This document shows positions 45,301 through 52,284 of a stretch of DNA of 64,000 nucleotides, piece after piece. This stretch comes from Candidatus Omnitrophota bacterium. GTDB lineage: Bacteria; Omnitrophota; JACPQZ01. A model generated the notes under the pieces. It saw only the letters and a program-made list of their open reading frames with translations. It searched no databases and had not been told where the DNA came from. The position numbers were made by a program, and so were the translations under genes. The first letter of the stretch is position 1; the number at the start of each line of letters is the position of its first letter. Location: contig JACPQZ010000048.1 of NCBI GenBank assembly GCA_016190205.1, positions 13,943 to 77,942 on the forward strand, given 5' to 3'.

Positions 45301-47361
45301 GCAGAAGCGCTTCTCTTTGAGAGGCCTGATCTTGCCATGGGGTCAGAAGGCGCGCAGATGGAGGGGTTCGGCGATCTCCAAAGCAGCCTGTGGCCTGTGC
45401 TGGACTATATTTGGGATCGTGAACTTGTGCGCGCGCTGCGCGCTGCTCTGCTCCTCCAGGCGTTAAACCCCCCTGAATCGGAGCGCAGGCGCCGGGGCCT
45501 TCGGGAAGAGGACATCGAAAAAAGCGTTGTGGAATCTTTGAAGAACTGGGGAATCATCGAGGACAACCAGAGCCCTATGAGCCGTGAGGCCGAGCTTGCT
45601 CTTTGGCTTATTAAGAATCAGTTTAGTCTGATCGAATCACTGCGGAGAGGGGTGCAGTATGTCCCCTCCGAAATGGCGTCAGTACTGGAAAAGGAACTTG
45701 AGGGTGACCCGGACCGCTTCTCATTGCTCGTGGCCTTTACACTCATAAAACTGGCTGTGCTTCAGCCCACGAACCTGGAACAGCGCCTGCGCGACATGGC
45801 GCCCATCTTTAATATCGATCCGGTTCAGATTGCCGACCGCGAGCAGGTGAAACAGTTCATCGAGGAAGCCAACGAAAAAATCATTGCACAGCATCGGGCT
45901 GAGCTCAAGCAGTTTGAAAAGAGTGAGGAGACGGTTTGGGTTAAGGGTATGGGCGATATGCGAAAAGTGGACAGGGAGCACACGGTAGAAATTCTCATTT
46001 CCTATAAGCTCCCAGGCGGTCAGGACAGGCCGGGGATTCTGGCTGATATCGCGGCAGCGTTTCTTTCCGCGGGACTGAATGTCGAGGGCGGAACGGCGGG
46101 GCTCGGGCCGGGCGGGAAGATCTTGGACCGGTTTGTCGTAAGACCTGTTTGGGGCTTTCGTGGTCGTACCTGGCAGGGCATTCTGAATGAACTCAAGACG
46201 GCTTTGAGCAGTCTCTTAAACGGCGAGGTCAATCGGGAGGAGCTCATCAAGTCCATTAGGGCTGACGATAAAACGGCAAAGCTCATCGCGTCGGGGAGAC
46301 TGCCTCGACCCAGAAGCGATATCCCGACGGATGTTCGCATCGAAGGGGTGAAAGAGGGCGAGCGGGCGCTCACGGAGCTCCGCAGCGAGACCGCCGATTC
46401 GATGGGCCTCTTTTTCATGTCAGCAGACCTCCTCGACCTGCATAAGATCAATGTACACTGCATGGTTATCGACAATGAAGGCGATGATCCGCAGTTGCAG
46501 AAGGCAATCCAGCATTTTGAAATGACGAAGGGCGACTACCCTCTCGATCGGAAAGAGAGATCGAACATCCATGACATTTTGGAGCATGTTTTAGCCCAAA
46601 AAGACTATATTGATATCTGGATGTGGCAGTCGCCTGAGAGTGAGGCTGAAGAGCTCGCCGCAGAGGGGCCGCTCACGCCCGAGGGGGACGGTGTGGGTGT
46701 GGATGCCGAAAAGGTGCTGGGGGACCTCCGGGATGAATTAAACTTTCCCGAGGGCGATGGCTACGCGGTGGTTCAACCCATGGCGTCTGTTTTAGACGCG
46801 CGTCCTGCGCGTTTTGCAGATTCCAGGCATGTATCTCGGCTGACCATCGAGAGGGTCATGGACGCGGCGAGCGCACAAGCCCAGTCGGACCGTCACTTTG
46901 ATATCTTGATCGACGCCGTGGATGAAGACGGGGTTGAGGCCGCTAACGAGTTTGCGCCATTCCTCGAACAGCTCTCCCAGAAAATAGCGACGGTCGGGGG
47001 GCCGGAGAGCGGATTGCGTATTATCTTGGCAACAGGGGATAATGTGGAGGGCAGGCTCGATCCTATTTTTGACCGGTTGGATGTCATGAGATTCCCTGCC
47101 CGTTATCGGCCGGGGGACATGATCTCGGTTCGCGCAGTCGAGGTTTACCTGGAGCAAAAGTACAACGTCCGGATTGCCATCGATCACTTGCTGCTGCGTT
47201 TAAAGGAGCACCAGGCCCGTTGGGATGCTCCTGGCATTGTGCCCACGGTCCTCGAGATCATCCGGGATCTTAAGGACCTTGAGAATCCCGAGCTCTGGCA
47301 GGACCCGCACAAATTACCAACCCTCTACTTCGCCATGCGAAGCCATGAAGAGGCGGCTTAA
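33388..47361 (+). CDS. Giant multidomain protein (4,657 aa). Domain order, in approximate aa positions:
- N-terminal signal-anchor-like segment.
- Uridine-kinase/PRK-like P-loop kinase (about 686-910).
- PanB-like ketopantoate-hydroxymethyltransferase / PEP-mutase-superfamily domain (about 1300-1510).
- Possible GNAT-like domain (about 1540-1700).
- PEP-utilizing phosphohistidine 'mobile' domain plus PEP-binding TIM barrel (about 2260-2600).
- Tentative GT35 glucan-phosphorylase-like region (about 2850-3250).
- GlnE/GlnD-type nucleotidyltransferase (about 3480-3800).
- Two C-terminal ACT domains (about 4260-4450).
   Basis: An uninterrupted 13,974-nt ORF in a 60% GC genome. Motifs read directly from the translation:
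- VILVGGGTGAGKT and RKIGRDYRERE (uridine-kinase-like).
- ALLVADMPYGTYQTGPQ...AVEIEGG...IPVMGHIGFTPHT (PanB-like).
- GFAFTEGTSKSHVSDVLAGRNIPVMTG, GLVRTEYWY, IMVPMVATQED and FFSIGQNDL (PEP-utilizing, PtsI/PPDK-like).
- IVARGSYARSEIMPGSDIDVRLLVP and LKDGLGGLRDYHY (GlnE/GlnD nucleotidyltransferase).
- RPGILADIAAAFLSAGLNV (ACT). Confidence 0.9.
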   Translation: MNVNSTYLGHSKKRLRAVACLVLQVFITTALLPDSYAQDYLAPSTVFGHRGSAVDQLKTLADMSREEGRVSGKLEKAANGLMLEAAYKYEGEELTREELDKARGAHAFISRHVKDEAAEAERDDSEGVASSGDGLSDPSQTPDYHLSGPGTYFGKGDVREQLVDPYLDRVVKDPATIVIREGQVVHGPLGKVERGRYEAKFRDLEKFLGSSLKGVDFIIVDSEKAKGDYVRSSGKGRRYVPANDGDRGAIPVTRDYYHLLEKPEDGYGEHDFLITQARRHAQTGREQVFLSRRLFEDIPAFSLVRHIIRSAYHHALIRRPVPSYRTESVVRLLDGWTQFRMDERRRRPNVIRAIENEIDRFEDIIFVFLGERPRTQAERREIIARNEDRIAEARAFAGRLMTTNTWVGELNEPLGHLGTPLIDVDTGKETGEVVYLVENREPGKATRTQLLYRRGGEGPLIQIMRDNWFLHGGEFDPQKRYGYSQPEIYALKERILASPLFMPRPEQKGTPAHQRILRRRVARADWWGDVSESLSGEISRLDKKIEGERFGAHAVYVFGERLTRRTTSGVQGLGFVEVDLAKGSRELVLFDAARLDTIEQTSFPIRALDYVLDQFKAAETLVVRPRRGLEVLQGAVDELVRSGRLAPEYEKREAKAKLVRYKIVKEVPVPAAIFTRIARRIETMIGRYVILVGGGTGAGKTRGTSEIEAIEEELKNRHLPRAHNVTKVDITDYIRKKAERDGLYFRGRPDNGSPRAFYIDLLVEQIQTLLEGRAVHLPARGQGIVNTSGENRASFGQDDILVILGIYSMLEDVLWAINEVNEAPKDLEFESLAPQLIEAPYIDEKPLDDGRFLNVLRVFLDVDPDIRLLRKIGRDYREREASPLDSIRRWGYIRLIEDDHILPQARHAEFIIENVRENELEILAQDSEEGALRYLRVAYEEALEEAGGNPDRVDAWDIGNIRRLYDVLGVNFEGDIGEPSKLPRHLRDGLARGDGIQTALPDLGHPSPKELAARTKSVRRLLDETGIKLDQAVREKLESSLAQRYLGVVVGEDILREFLAEFKTRADREKWVVNLFSIESFLQNRILSYYLEHADEILRGQGDRGIVASIDVYLLPKTYTANRRLDRKKLIRRMVFLNVMSMASTGDKRLGSISCQGLAQLVFPSTNEHVYGPALEVMVEMLAAFNNTQRVQFWEGFKPLLQDAAELPRFGRALMRLAPRIVRGEIERVSRTMLSQADFLEGYRHTLEYVAALSTPVRDEMIEHAVTLAQSKDQDQAVIEFLRQTVKDLEKIGPVTPKLLQQMKRRGERITAVTVSGERDGRSVDEKGMPVALVADSEVAFEEQLTSSKDVTIRMMLPRVKESSRGIKRALLVADMPYGTYQTGPQALKNAQLFIENGARAVEIEGGREAVSAIGAVVEAGIPVMGHIGFTPHTKSEARIYGATPQERSELLLDALALEKAGAFALVLERVHPDTVRAIRGAVSVPLLGVASGNYIDGQVIRLLDLQAVRGDGVEEPGQGIQEAEFFERLAKSRGSWLPEPVKRQDGTVERVDDRHRVIWATVPHREGPLEVIFVREEKDPDGRTVLVYEVWQGGRRIDLLSEEGLRREFRWGVVRSEFGEAQEVFMHPIKLEEDARHMGIGFALVQWSSNRAFEIGAPRFTASALFNPNMQPLLARVLEPGSVNITVVREDWKKPLTVATPEEFWIAVGEVRVEGGYGVHFEVDKASPGGLKVTTNVPGLHDAENRPISFMDGERLRSTVEVDGYALRVLDPVEKDESGRPRYHSTRYSEGVLVYFSGRPVRVIRQRIFNAASNKIWTPVAAAAIKWVAGRTELGAVPLVPPWASARQAKLILREEVIHFQEAMDQVVARIKDHRHEGEPFHWLRELARDAMSRIRSDSQERVLRMLDELRDATTRQLQIARVPAHWIFRSLVRRRLEGGLRAQDPEVAQALEEIANEVTERILHRFDLAEPGASEKEVGEAVTTEIRRAERVFAEMRRRSEKAAEEAKIRGDSTEAFYIGMTGNYLDDIEKVLKTLVRTEKKRANYLLDVFFEPSRLVQVPEAEVKTLSETQQVLRDFHIKKQASAMSQAAPDIEFLLTTLVMRMAGSTSLSYKGISKDELKISVEDEVVRFEEAYQPIQKIVSEGLAGREWADFEGSIASEWKALLGPDLEKIFAQVSRGEEGSVVKFALEAPGRILERIRGTDSSTAEQAMYDVVEEWLGGGSRNAEEVAAVETIARFLMYQMEAIPSRDPAWLREPRIMVVDGLFDVRAADEKIGAYNVVGFAFTEGTSKSHVSDVLAGRNIPVMTGIPKELVALIQGGERVILDPIRGEIVLNPDDEGGEMKRRSNPELLRRAWETRFDPVVTQDGKTFRVYANVNGLENIQDLKECGAEGVGLVRTEYWYQNPVKRRTEEELEKGFLELADAVPGPVTIRLLDRATDKATPALKSEKALYGLRYLLDDPEGQEVAREEMRAAVRANLRSARKNIRIMVPMVATQEDGERIQSVWKSVIVGLRDKGALSEDDVVPPFGYMIELRSAVALVKTLARQADFFSIGQNDLVKSWFNVSRDEPLHRRYFDLLHPEILEADSEIAGSKEDCSLCGASARDPEFSLFQAVLKSQGVNLDSSVAVPGVPITKFALRSMHTGEAARLFERWLSEEKDPAELTRLAREAADRFIAAALGKEPAGEGAPEGEGDGVAGDGVAEWSGKARGDAVYDPVRNSVRFERTGDKTWIETDRSELIGKTFVTVGMEHLNPHFKYIDAVTANAKGGLAAHALAKLQGWSEIGLSKNGSYGIFPLYASPDLRQEDRKPLIHTVSYVGEPVEQVIDVNGKPLFIKVYGAGVGGNFRENIPYNVGVMYTRIAGTDVFYLYNGSVFNYLYDAPLLKVHQNRQNRFNQEAIFAKAAHLLMKILAKEDPHIVDPKFKRSLPALLHFNEAHTAPLAEMVSQDPEMSGVALVGTNHTIVDAGLERYELDKLWWGFKRAFFVLGTAEEHHYKYIVGDRIDFSKPFTTLLHKINGVSEEHGGLTRELYRRALGVDVDVASVLNGVSDFRRIPQLVQMEREGKEITPQVLLNLHKQAKREAVEDIFRRTGVRLDVNEPIVGLVRRITPYKGQYDILRWLVDVMTAPRDQTFTPDSLWRVWSEKTIGRELDNPSSNLHAIGKTVQHHLFKDRQEIRGLGLQVVVGGPEYEESWVRIFKSWSREGSHLYGRFVYVPQADHKLLVTQATGFEVTAETPWPKQEAAGTSGDDSSGNGHISVASAPGTVERAINELEYPGEGTAYTLDGARLYETPADFLSKAPADFFGVFEDTSNKWYGHLEVAAQGVSETETDYAMLVWRSYLGFHGLLEGTKAATAERMERDYVDRVYLPALKEVERLKGVPGSQGDGVQEDGIKSALTVPLHELNERLTREIEGVKGDGVDSILAEPLHDLRARLEQELQGVPDASPAAEQNDNVARQKLGSWLRRIWLRESRWIWRQNSHLPIRVRMALATELLDRLFGAIYEATQKRFGEKASEMAIVARGSYARSEIMPGSDIDVRLLVPHIDVEDLKRVEEEGGLPEKHLDCHFFAGVMNSSFPKAALLFSTVDDVVPWAGDDAKQQDNGYLEACLVTGSRALWQRWRSGTVEALQSRDTWKLHVRGVRSSWDERYRKARFLEGLHLRQPDLKDGLGGLRDYHYAYWLGLGALVFHANDLGSLAEKEVIRDEEVWRFLIDRSVVRSSEVDKVKEAYLVLLRIRAVLNQIHPDSTIMNVVDYEWVARQLGYRDGPRVDVERFLRDFRKSQETVFHFAYRVVRLIGEMADPPHVVTENRVGVPKGIKSVQVDGSLLSFGHGVRTMRQTVLEIDEKIEGPRDIAVTLFDALRYVSRHPTAVLNGAFVDALESQIAAGGPDKARLQREFGKFLDFTEGPISYGLRNLRFLRISEDPGGMLADILPFNHDLVYPMRLEPPHRLTLDMYLLRNLDVAEALLFERPDLAMGSEGAQMEGFGDLQSSLWPVLDYIWDRELVRALRAALLLQALNPPESERRRRGLREEDIEKSVVESLKNWGIIEDNQSPMSREAELALWLIKNQFSLIESLRRGVQYVPSEMASVLEKELEGDPDRFSLLVAFTLIKLAVLQPTNLEQRLRDMAPIFNIDPVQIADREQVKQFIEEANEKIIAQHRAELKQFEKSEETVWVKGMGDMRKVDREHTVEILISYKLPGGQDRPGILADIAAAFLSAGLNVEGGTAGLGPGGKILDRFVVRPVWGFRGRTWQGILNELKTALSSLLNGEVNREELIKSIRADDKTAKLIASGRLPRPRSDIPTDVRIEGVKEGERALTELRSETADSMGLFFMSADLLDLHKINVHCMVIDNEGDDPQLQKAIQHFEMTKGDYPLDRKERSNIHDILEHVLAQKDYIDIWMWQSPESEAEELAAEGPLTPEGDGVGVDAEKVLGDLRDELNFPEGDGYAVVQPMASVLDARPARFADSRHVSRLTIERVMDAASAQAQSDRHFDILIDAVDEDGVEAANEFAPFLEQLSQKIATVGGPESGLRIILATGDNVEGRLDPIFDRLDVMRFPARYRPGDMISVRAVEVYLEQKYNVRIAIDHLLLRLKEHQARWDAPGIVPTVLEIIRDLKDLENPELWQDPHKLPTLYFAMRSHEEAA

Positions 47362-47372
47362 CGTGTTAGAAG

Positions 47373-47774
47373 CTAGCGTTTAAATAACTTGAGCGGTGCA
47401 TGGCGGGCGATCAAGTCGAAATGGCGGTCGTAGTGAAGGAGCGCGCAGTGGTAGTGCATAGCTACGGCTGCGATAACGACATCCGTCGTGGGTATCGTAA
47501 ATCCCCTGCGTCTTAGATTAAACGACAGTTGCGAGGTTTCTTCCCACAAGGACTCCTTTATGGGAAGGTTGTGCACTCGGTCCAAATCCAGTTGGAGAGT
47601 CGTGTATTGCTCGGCATCGTGAGCTCCTTGCAAAAGTTCCAGTCGTATGATCCCACAGGTCGCGGCCAGATTTTTGGTGAGGGCATCTGCGAGAGCGGTC
47701 TGAACAATGGGGTTGCCGCTCGATGGAAAGGACTCGATCCAGGCTGACGTGTCTATGAGAAGATACGAAAACAT
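47373..47774 (-). CDS. vapC: Type II toxin VapC (PIN-domain RNase)
   Basis: PIN acidic residues (LIDTSAWIE...). Adjacent vapB. Confidence 0.85.
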   Translation of the reverse strand: MFSYLLIDTSAWIESFPSSGNPIVQTALADALTKNLAATCGIIRLELLQGAHDAEQYTTLQLDLDRVHNLPIKESLWEETSQLSFNLRRRGFTIPTTDVVIAAVAMHYHCALLHYDRHFDLIARHAPLKLFKR

Positions 47775-47977
47775 TAATCCATCGCTCGCAATTTTTCCAG
47801 ATCTTTCTGGGTCATTCCAAAACGAGTGTGTCCAATCATGTTTCGGAGTCTCTGCCGGCTTTTCATACCGACATAGGCGCGCAAGGCCTCGAGCACCGCT
47901 TCACGTTTTGTACGCGCGTTCCCCAGCTTCATAGCTTGCTGCAAAAGCTTTTCATCCAGATCGATCAGTGTTTTCAT
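47774..47977 (-). CDS. vapB: Antitoxin VapB
   Basis: 67 aa. N-terminus MKTLIDLDEKLLQQAMKL. Abuts vapC. Confidence 0.75.
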   Translation of the reverse strand: MKTLIDLDEKLLQQAMKLGNARTKREAVLEALRAYVGMKSRQRLRNMIGHTRFGMTQKDLEKLRAMD

Positions 47978-47989
47978 TGAGCCCTCCTG

Positions 47990-48048
47990 CTCTCTGTATA
48001 TAAAATATACACGGTTTTGTATATACTGTCAAGGGCAGTGTTATAATA
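47990..48048. promoter_or_regulatory. Divergent vapBC / tilS promoter region with palindromic operators
   Basis: GTATAT-AAA-ATATAC (47996-48010) and TTGTATATAC (48017-48026). TATAAT-like -10 at about 48042 for tilS. Confidence 0.5.
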
Positions 48049-48052
48049 CCCG

Positions 48053-49465
48053 ATGATGACTGCTCAAGACCCTCTTAGCTCGCACGTGCTTCAGGAAATC
48101 AAGACCCGCAAGCTTTTGCTCCCGGGGGAGAAGATTGTCCTGGCTGTCTCGGGCGGTCCTGATTCCATGGCCCTCTTGCATGCTTTTTGCACATTCCGGA
48201 CAGCGCTTCACCTCAATCTTACCGTTGCTCATCTCGATCACTGTTTGAGGAAGGGTTCAAAACAAGACGCGGAGTTTGTGAAGTCCGCATGCCGGGTTCT
48301 CAACGTCCCTTTTGTGTCTGGGCGCGCGGATGTGAGACGGTTCGCCCGTACCAGGAAGTTGTCCATTGAAGATGCCGCGCGCAGGCTTCGTTACCGGTTC
48401 CTCGTCAAGGCGGCGAAGAAAGCGGGGGCGCGAAAAATCGTAACGGCGCACACGCAGGATGATCAGGCCGAAACTGTAGTCTTGCAGCTCGTTCGCGGGG
48501 CGGGGCTGTCTGGGGCAAGTGGGATGGACTGGAGCGGTCCGGTGGGCACTGGTCAGTCGCGCGCAGTACGGCTTGTCAGGCCTTTTTTGAGCACCCCGCG
48601 CGCGGAGATCCTAAAATTTTTGCGGCGTTGCCGCATCAGGTTTAGAGAAGACCCCACCAATTCGAGCAGGCGTTTTAAGCGCAACCGCCTTCGGCACGAT
48701 GTGATGCCGCTGCTTAAGCGTTTGAACCCGAGGGCAGTGAAGCATCTGGCGACCTTTGCAGAAATCCTCTCGACTGGAAAAGAATATATCGACCGTGTGA
48801 CCGAAGGAGTTTTTACTCGGTTGGCTCATGAGCGCCCGGGACGCTGTCAATTCCAGCGGTCTGAGTTCATAAAATTGCCGCGGGCCATCCAGCAGGGTCT
48901 TTTCCGGCAGGCTGTCGCCCGGCTCGGAGGAGAAGAGGCCAGTCTGAATTTCCGTCATTGGCAGCTGTTCCACCAAGCTCTGTACAAAGAGGGCGTGCCA
49001 GCCCTCCTTCACTTCCCGCGTTCCATCGAGGTCGGGCTCGACGACCGAGTGGTCAGTTTTTCAAAAACCCGCCCTGCCAAGAAGATTCGTAGCGTGAGCA
49101 TTCCTAAAGTGAGGTCGGGTGAGGTTGCTTTCGCTGACCGGACGATCACGTTTAACATGTTTCCACGGACTAGGAGGCTTTTTCCGAGAGGACGAGCCGG
49201 TGAGGCGTGGCTTGACGCTGAAAGGGTCTGGTTTCCCATTCAGGTGCGCACACGGCGGCCGGGCGACCGGTTTATTCCCCTCGGAATGAGGCAATCAAAA
49301 AAGCTCCAGGATTTTTTAGTGGATGAAAAAGTCCCGCGCTCGGAGCGCGATTCCCTGCCCATTTTTCAGGACCGGAGGCAGATTGTCTGGGTGGGGGGGA
49401 AACGCCTCGCAGACTCCGTCAAGATCACCCCTCAAACCCGCCAGGTGCTTAGGATTTCCCTCTGA
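48053..49465 (+). CDS. tilS: tRNA(Ile)-lysidine synthetase
   Basis: PP-loop motif SGGPDSMAL. Full length with a C-terminal substrate-binding domain. Confidence 0.85.
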   Translation: MMTAQDPLSSHVLQEIKTRKLLLPGEKIVLAVSGGPDSMALLHAFCTFRTALHLNLTVAHLDHCLRKGSKQDAEFVKSACRVLNVPFVSGRADVRRFARTRKLSIEDAARRLRYRFLVKAAKKAGARKIVTAHTQDDQAETVVLQLVRGAGLSGASGMDWSGPVGTGQSRAVRLVRPFLSTPRAEILKFLRRCRIRFREDPTNSSRRFKRNRLRHDVMPLLKRLNPRAVKHLATFAEILSTGKEYIDRVTEGVFTRLAHERPGRCQFQRSEFIKLPRAIQQGLFRQAVARLGGEEASLNFRHWQLFHQALYKEGVPALLHFPRSIEVGLDDRVVSFSKTRPAKKIRSVSIPKVRSGEVAFADRTITFNMFPRTRRLFPRGRAGEAWLDAERVWFPIQVRTRRPGDRFIPLGMRQSKKLQDFLVDEKVPRSERDSLPIFQDRRQIVWVGGKRLADSVKITPQTRQVLRISL

Positions 49466-49470
49466 TAGCG

Positions 49471-49493
49471 GCAGACACACCAGGGTGTCTGGC
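49471..49493 (+). repeat. CAGACAC-N6-GTGTCTG hairpin, a third copy of the motif found at 20039-20082
   Basis: GCAGACACACCAGGGTGTCTGGC, immediately after the tilS stop. Confidence 0.6.
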
Positions 49494-49639
49494 TCTTGCG
49501 AACCTACAAGTTTTGCCTCTCTTCACGGGTTGAATGAAACAATCACTCAATGATATACTAAATAGGTTTAATCTATTGTATGGTCACACTATACAAATCA
49601 ATTTAACCGATATGCTATTTGTAACTCTACTTGGTTATA

Positions 49640-51073
49640 ATGAGCGAGCCCGAGGAGCGACGACGTAAGTTAGAAGAAATAAAGAAGTTAGGGATCGATC
49701 CCTATGGCCACAGGTGGCAGGATAAAGAAGATGTGGTGTCGCTCCTTGAAAATTTCGATGAAGCGAGGGTCGTTCGGTCGGCAGGGCGCATTACCGCCTT
49801 GCGCTCGCACGGGAAAACTCTCTTCGCAGACATGTGCGACGCTCGCGCAAAGATTCAGCTTTATTTTAAAAAAGCGGAGCTTGGGGAAAAGGCCCCGCTC
49901 GTGGATCTCTTGGACATGGGGGATTTTTTGGGTGTTCAGGGAAGGCTTTTTAAGACACGCATGGGAGAGAAATCGATTCATGTGGATTCCTTTTCCATTC
50001 TCTCCAAAAGCCTGCACCCCCTGCCCGAAAAGTGGCACGGCCTGAAGGACCCCGAGACCCGGCTTCGGCAGAGGTACCTGGATCTCGCATCCAGCGAAGA
50101 GAGCCGTCGGGTCTTTGAGATACGCTCGGAAATCTTGCGCCAGACGCGCGGTTATCTGAATTCGCTTGGGTTTCAGGAGGTCGAGACCCCCATTGTCCAG
50201 CCCCTGGCGGGCGGGGCAGCGGGTGAGCCACTGGTGACTCACCTGGATGTCTATGACCTGGATCTTTACTTGCGCATCGCCCCGGAGCTTTATCTTAAAC
50301 GGCTGCTCGTGGGCGGAATGGAAAAGATCTATGAGATTGGAAAGAGTTTCCGGAACGAGGGGATTTCGACGCGGCACAACCCGGAATTTACGATGCTGGA
50401 GGCCTATCAGGCGTACGCAGACTACACCGATATGATGGGGCTCGTGAAGGGACTCATTCAGCACTGCGCGAAAGAAGTGAGAGGTGCCTTGGAGATCGAA
50501 TACGGCGGCCGAACGCTTGATTTCTCAAGTTTCGAGACGGTTTCTTTCGCCGAGCTCATGCAGGAGCATTTTGACATCACCCCCTCGGATCCGCTCGACA
50601 CGTGGGTTAAGAGGCTTCGCAAGAAGGGGGTGGAGGTGCCCGGGGAAACGCCCAGCCGCACCGCCCTAATCAATCTCGTCGCGGAACTGATCGAGCCGAA
50701 GGCCCGTTCGTCGCCCACCTTCGTGGTGGACTTTTTTACGGAGCTTTCTCCGCTCGCGCGCTCCAAGAAGGAGAATCCCCACGTGGCGGAGCGGTTTGAA
50801 CTTTACATCGGAGGCCTGGAAGTGGCGAACGCGTATACGGAGCAAAATGACCCGGAGATTCAGCGCGAGCGCTTTCTGGAACAGAAGAGGCTCGCCGGAG
50901 CCAGGCAGATCGATGAAGACTATATTCTTGCATTGGAATACGGCATGCCTCCTGCCGGGGGACTGGGGGTCGGCATGGACCGGCTCGCGATGCTCTTGAG
51001 CAACTCTTCGACGATACGGGACGTGATCTTATTCCCGCAATTGCGTCCGGCAACGACGGGGGCGAAGCCGTGA
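49640..51073 (+). CDS. lysS: Lysyl-tRNA synthetase (class II)
   Basis: Class II motifs FRNEG and GGLGVGMDRL. OB-fold N-terminus. Confidence 0.9.
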   Translation: MSEPEERRRKLEEIKKLGIDPYGHRWQDKEDVVSLLENFDEARVVRSAGRITALRSHGKTLFADMCDARAKIQLYFKKAELGEKAPLVDLLDMGDFLGVQGRLFKTRMGEKSIHVDSFSILSKSLHPLPEKWHGLKDPETRLRQRYLDLASSEESRRVFEIRSEILRQTRGYLNSLGFQEVETPIVQPLAGGAAGEPLVTHLDVYDLDLYLRIAPELYLKRLLVGGMEKIYEIGKSFRNEGISTRHNPEFTMLEAYQAYADYTDMMGLVKGLIQHCAKEVRGALEIEYGGRTLDFSSFETVSFAELMQEHFDITPSDPLDTWVKRLRKKGVEVPGETPSRTALINLVAELIEPKARSSPTFVVDFFTELSPLARSKKENPHVAERFELYIGGLEVANAYTEQNDPEIQRERFLEQKRLAGARQIDEDYILALEYGMPPAGGLGVGMDRLAMLLSNSSTIRDVILFPQLRPATTGAKP

Positions 51074-52284
51074 TGCCTTGTACGCTTTGGTTAAGTTGGA
51101 GATACCTCACGGCGCGGCGCAAAGAGGCGCTCATCTCGGTGCATTCCCTTTTTGCGGTGCTGGGGGTGGCCGTCGGGGTGGCGGCCCTCATTGCGGTGAT
51201 CGCCGTCATGACCGGTTTCGACCGGGATCTACGCGAAAAAGTGATGGGGGTCAATGCCCACCTCATGATTGAAAGCGCGGGCGGGGTAAGCAGGCCGGAT
51301 GATCTGGTGCGCCGGCTGGAGCGGGCGGACGGCATTCGGGCCGCGTCTCCCTATGTGGCCGGGCAGGCGATCATGAAGGCCCGTGAGGTCGTGTTCGGCG
51401 TCGCCTTCCGGGGGGTAGATCCGCTGGGTGAGGCACGCGCGGACGGGGCAGCCCGTTACGTCCGCGAAGGGTCTTCCGATTTTGGCTCTGGAAACGGTAT
51501 CTGGATTGGAACGGAGCTCGCGCGTACCCTCGGGCTTAAAGTGGGCAGCGACTGCGCCCTCATATCCCCGGTGGACGGAAAGGAGCGCGATTTCCGTGTC
51601 AGCGCCATCTTTGATTCGGGGATGTATGAGTACGATGCGACCCTGGTTTTCATCGCCGTTCATACGGCGCAGGAGCTGCTGCGTCTGACTGACCAAAGGG
51701 TGACGGGCATCTCTGTGTGGCTCGATTCGCCGGGCAAGCTTAAGCTGGTTCAGGGCCGGCTGGCAAGCGAGCTGGGGCCATTTTACTGGGTGCGCAGTTG
51801 GTTGGACTTAAATGAAAACTTATTTAGCGCGATCCGCATCGAAAAGATCGTCATGTTCGTGATTCTCACGCTTATCATCATGGTCGCGGCCTTTAATATC
51901 GCCTCGAGTCTTACCATGATGGTGATGCAGAAGACGCGGGAGATCGGGGTGTTGCGCGCCCTGGGGGCAACGGCGGCTGGGATCCATCAGATCTTTTTTC
52001 TACAGGGGCTGTGGATCGGAGGGCTGGGACTCGCCCTGGGGGTGGCCGGCGGGATGGCCATCACCCTGAATTTGAACCGTATGGCGGACGTCCTGGAACA
52101 CCTGACCGGCTTTGAGATCTTTCCGAAGAACATCTACTACTTTGACCGGATCCCCACGGTCATTGAAGTACACGACATTGTCTGGGTTGCCGCCTGTGCG
52201 GTGTTAGTCACTCTCATTGCCAGTCTCTATCCTGCACGGCATGCCTCGAGGCTTGAGCCGGTGGAGGCGCTCCGGTATGAATAG
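51070..52284 (+). CDS. lolE: Lipoprotein-releasing system permease (LolC/LolE, FtsX-like)
   Basis: Four TM helices with a large periplasmic loop. Position next to lolD. Confidence 0.8.
   Translation: MMPCTLWLSWRYLTARRKEALISVHSLFAVLGVAVGVAALIAVIAVMTGFDRDLREKVMGVNAHLMIESAGGVSRPDDLVRRLERADGIRAASPYVAGQAIMKAREVVFGVAFRGVDPLGEARADGAARYVREGSSDFGSGNGIWIGTELARTLGLKVGSDCALISPVDGKERDFRVSAIFDSGMYEYDATLVFIAVHTAQELLRLTDQRVTGISVWLDSPGKLKLVQGRLASELGPFYWVRSWLDLNENLFSAIRIEKIVMFVILTLIIMVAAFNIASSLTMMVMQKTREIGVLRALGATAAGIHQIFFLQGLWIGGLGLALGVAGGMAITLNLNRMADVLEHLTGFEIFPKNIYYFDRIPTVIEVHDIVWVAACAVLVTLIASLYPARHASRLEPVEALRYE

Noticed and set aside
49494-49639. T-box or lysine riboswitch upstream of lysS.
   Set aside because: The AT-rich leader shows no T-box (AGGGUGGNACCGCG) or L-box features. 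It is treated as a plain promoter region.
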